Positions 8,706 through 11,782 of a stretch of 11,782 bases of DNA are shown one piece after another. The stretch spans positions 1 through 11,782 of the forward strand of contig NW_021826913.1 in the NCBI RefSeq assembly GCF_006345805.1, read 5' to 3'. The stretch's first letter is position 1. The number at the start of each line of letters is the position of its first letter. The DNA comes from Octopus sinensis. Taxonomy: Eukaryota. The notes under the pieces are model-generated. The model was not told the DNA's origin, searched no databases, and saw only the letters and a program-made list of their open reading frames with translations. Position numbers and translations under genes: made by a program.

Positions 8706-9208
8706 ATGTCACTTTCCAACAAAGTCCAGACGAATCTAAAATATACGACAAGAGCTATTTCAAGTCTAATCACTTTTGGATAAGAGTGTGCTTTTGTGTA
8801 TGATTGTGACCTCACTGAGCAGAGAGTGTGGCTATTTCAGTGGTGATCAGTGCTTCTGTCAATCCCGGGTTCAGCGCGGCTGGGGGAGGATTCGTGGTAT
8901 TCACAGGCATGACGTCTCTTCTGTCCAATCTACTAAACATTGCATTATTTTTTTAAACTCAATTCTCGCTTCAATGAAAAACACGTGCACATGGTGAAAT
9001 AATTCTAAATGGACTCCTGTGCGTGTTCTACGCCATTTCGGCTATTATTTCGGGAAGTAACAGTAGAATCATGTATGGGGATGTCAGTCCCAACTCTATA
9101 ATCGCGGCGGCGGTTATGTCTTCCTCTTAATGTCAGGTCATCTCATCCATCGGCACAGTGATTCACGGAATAGTGGCTTTTCGGTCGTACATGTTACTGG
9201 AGAAATAA
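8706..9208 (+). CDS. MARVEL-domain-like four-transmembrane protein (CMTM/plasmolipin/MAL-like), ~135-140 aa, 4 exons
   Basis: MSLSNKVQTNLKYTTRAISSLITF... / SVAISVVISASVNPGFSAAGGGFVVFTGMTSLLSNLLNIALFF / EIILNGLLCVFYAISAIISG / IPNSIIAAA-VISSIGTVIHGIVAFRSYMLLEK*. Four hydrophobic segments in MARVEL-like spacing. Introns at ~8798-8822 (acceptor uncertain), 9057-9087 (31 nt) and 9113-9136 (24 nt). Several homopolymer fixes are needed. Confidence 0.72.
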
Positions 9209-10730
9209 TAAATCATTTAAAACTAATTAAAATAGCATTTAGTCATTAGCATTTTTAAAAAATATTCGTTCTAATTTTTTGTATTCCTTAGAAAATTGAA
9301 ATTAGAAAAATAAAAGACCCTAATCGTATCAAAAAATTAAATATGAACTCACAACACTAATATTGTTCATATTTTTTAAATGATCGAAACAAACGAAAAT
9401 AGTCTTTTGATTATTTCCAGGAATACAATTCTAATTAACTGTCCAAACAAGAAAATATATAATTCCGAATTGTCGACTCTAATAATGATATTCACTTTTT
9501 TGTCTATAAGTTTGATATTTTTCTCCACAGATAAGGATAATAACAGGGAATGAATTTGTTTGATATTGTTGTAATATTTTAGGGCCGATTAAACTCTTTA
9601 CTATGAGTTTTTGTTTCTCCTCGGATTTATTCTAATTAAAAATAATATTACAATTGATTATAAAGTACTTTACGTCTCTATAACTAATTGCTAAAAAAAT
9701 AGTCAATTTGATTCATTCGACACGCCCTAATATTAGTAATTTTAATATTTTTCATATTCAAACCAAATATTGTTGGTTTTATCCGCTAGTGTGTTATTAT
9801 ATTTTAGTTGTTACGAAATAGTTTTAAAATACTGCCCAAACTTACTTCGATTCTTAGTGGTCAAAACCAATTTTCTAAATAAAAATTATAAAAGATATAA
9901 CCTATTGCCTGGCTTTAAATAAAGAATAAACATTCTAAAAATAGCTTTTCGGTAAATTAGTACGAAAAAGTAGAAATAATCACAGTAAAACCATAAATAA
10001 AGGAAAAAAAGAATTTTATTAAAATTTGTTAGATGATCCTTTTAATTCAATCAATCGGAGCAGACAATCAAATATCTAATTATCGAAGAACCTTATAGAA
10101 TGCGTCTTGTTCATTATAAACAGATAAACTTTTTAGAAAAAACACAATAAATGACAAAACGATGGTCATTCATTAGAGATTAGCCATCCAGGAGATAAGA
10201 AAAGGACATGTCGGCAAATCATTTTTTTCAATGCTGATATTATTCAAAGAGAGTAGGCCTGAGATACCAAAAAGTCACCCACAAATCCTGCTTTATTTTC
10301 ACAAAGTGACATTTCGGAACAAAATTAATGAATATCGAGGAGTATAGTCCACTGGAGAAGTCCAGGGTAATTAATAAAAAAATTACTCGCGAATAGCAAG
10401 TAAATAACTATTATGAATATATATCAAGTTGTAGACTATTTCATACATTTCGAGTCTTTTCGGGCAATCTATAAACTTATCATAAATCTTCAGACATTTG
10501 TTCTACTCACTGAACTGTGGACTACAATTGACCTAACTGGACCTCTAAAGAAATAAAATCAAAAATTGACTTTAAAGAAATAAAATCAAAATAAATAATA
10601 AAAATAATTGATTTCAAATTCTATAATTAGTAAATGAAGTTGATAGAGCTAGTCCTTCCAAGTCAAATCAAATAAACACGTACATTAACTAAATCAACCA
10701 CGTAAATTTTATTTATATAGGTTTTCGGAT

Positions 10731-10908
10731 CAATATAATAATTTTTCGAACCATATAATAACTTTTCGAATCATATAATAATTTTTCGAACCAATAATAA
10801 CTTCCGAATCATATAATAATTTTTCGAACCAATATAATAATTTTTCGAATCAATATAATAATTTTTCTAACCAATATAATAATTTTTCGAATCAATATAA
10901 TAATTTTT
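10731..10908 (+). repeat. Left TIR array, ~9 copies of a ~21-bp unit CAATATAATAATTTTTCGAA(C/T)
   Basis: Direct reading of the tandem units. Confidence 0.95.
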
Positions 10909-10953
10909 AAATTTAAATAAAATTTAAATTTTATTGACCTGAATTTACTGTTA

Positions 10954-11307
10954 ATGGATTCACATAATCAAAATGCTTCTGAATATTCAATCGAACCAGC
11001 GATGGTTCGCCGACAAATAATATCTAATCCTATTTTTACACTACCGTGGACTGGAAAATGATACTGAAGTATCAACTATAATCAGGAAATTTTTGCCACC
11101 ATACTGTCCATTTTTAAATCCTATTGAAAATGTTTTTTCAGTATGGAAAAACTTGGTAGTCCGTGGTAAAGCCAAGAATGAAAAAGATTTTAGATGCCTA
11201 ATTACATCTAAATTCAACGAAATAACAAGTGAACATTGCGGATCCTTCTACAGAAAGATGTTACGTATTTGAATAGATGCTCAAATTCTGAAGTGATTCA
11301 AGAATAA
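10954..11307 (+). pseudogene. Tc1-like transposase remnant: N-terminal piece fused to the C-terminus, catalytic core deleted
   Basis: MDSHNQNASEYSIEPAMVRRQIISN..., then in another frame ...VSTIIRK|FLPPYCPFLNPIENVFSVWKNLVVRGKAKNEKDFRCLITSKFNEITSEHCGSFYRKMLR, then after a 1-nt shift YLNRCSNSEVIQE*. LPPYxPFLNPIE is the DDE_3 motif carrying the catalytic E. Confidence 0.88.
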
Positions 11308-11338
11308 CGATAATTTACTCTTTTACTCTTTTGAATTT

Positions 11339-11461
11339 AAAAATTATTATATTGATTCGAAAAATTATTATATTGATTCGAAAAATTATTATATTGTTTC
11401 GAAAAATTATTATTGGTTCGAAAATTATTATATGATTCGAAAAGTTATTATATTGATCCGA
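11339..11461 (-). repeat. Right TIR array, 6 copies of the same ~21-bp unit in inverted orientation
   Basis: AAAATTATTATATTGATTCGA-type units, the reverse complement of the left array. Confidence 0.95.
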
Positions 11462-11782
11462 AAACCCTATATTAATAAAAGATCCCATGATAGAGTGTAC
11501 ATTTTTGTGTCTATTTCAGGTCCTTATAAATTTGATGGGAAATTTTTTAAAATCTTATTATTTCACAATTAACACGTGAATATGTCTAAGATTTTTACGA
11601 TTTAAAAATTTTTTTGTTCAGATTACATTCTTGATGTCAGGCTGAAAGAATCAAAAGACTTAATAATTAATTTTATTAAAAACTTTATTTTGAAATTTAT
11701 TAACAGTCATAAATACATTTTATCAATTATTTTTAAAAAGAAAAATGGGTCTATGGTTTTGACTAGAGATACGTTGTCAAAA

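Larger units (their letters stand above)
10718..11469 (+). mobile_element. Internally deleted (non-autonomous) Tc1/IS630-like DNA transposon, 752 bp, with both TIRs and TA target-site duplication
   Basis: Left end TA|TAGGTTTTCGGATCAATATAATAA and right end TTATTATATTGATCCGAAAACCCTA|TA are inverted matches. TA flanks lie at 10716-10717 and 11470-11471. A transposase remnant lies inside. Confidence 0.92.

Noticed and set aside
8776-8997. 73-aa plus-strand ORF
   Set aside because: It is mostly an alternative frame over the MARVEL-like exons.
9488-9560. GGATAATAACAGGGAAT, resembling an I-SceI site or an integrase SDNG.EF motif
   Set aside because: Only a partial match in AT-rich DNA, with no supporting frame.
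10170-10552. Possible Gypsy integrase traces (SHPGDKK..., WTTIDLTGPLKK*)
   Set aside because: The motifs are short, in different frames and too far apart. A BLASTx or HMM search would be needed before making any call.
10546-10590. Duplicated TAAAGAAATAAAATCAAAA
   Set aside because: A low-complexity local slippage duplication.
11757-11782. Hairpin TTTTGAC-N12-GTCAAAA at the window edge
   Set aside because: A 7-bp AT-rich stem with truncated context and no supporting evidence.

Overview
AT-rich eukaryotic genomic DNA, not prokaryotic. The left part is a repeat/transposon zone. It holds about 21 copies of a ~95-bp satellite (1-1990) ending at a Helitron/HINE-like 5' terminus, a non-LTR reverse-transcriptase fragment (CRE-like), a decayed Tc1/IS630-type DDE transposase and 21-bp tandem repeats. 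The middle is a compact three-gene cluster that the ORF track largely misses, because the genes are split by 18 inferred tiny GT-AG introns (15 of ~24-34 nt, 3 of 47-52 nt). The genes are an unidentified lysine-rich gene (+, 6117-6980), MEMO1 (-, 7254-8386) and a MARVEL-like 4-TM gene (+, 8706-9208). A ~140-bp direct repeat brackets the unidentified gene. The right part contains a complete 752-bp internally deleted Tc1-like element whose TIRs are built from tandem ~21-bp units. Recurrent 1-nt losses in homopolymer runs indicate an unpolished long-read assembly, so the frameshifts are probably artefacts. Tiny introns, the standard genetic code and these TE types would fit a compact-genome parasite such as a myxozoan, but that is inference only. 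All protein assignments come from manual translation and motif recall, with no database searches.
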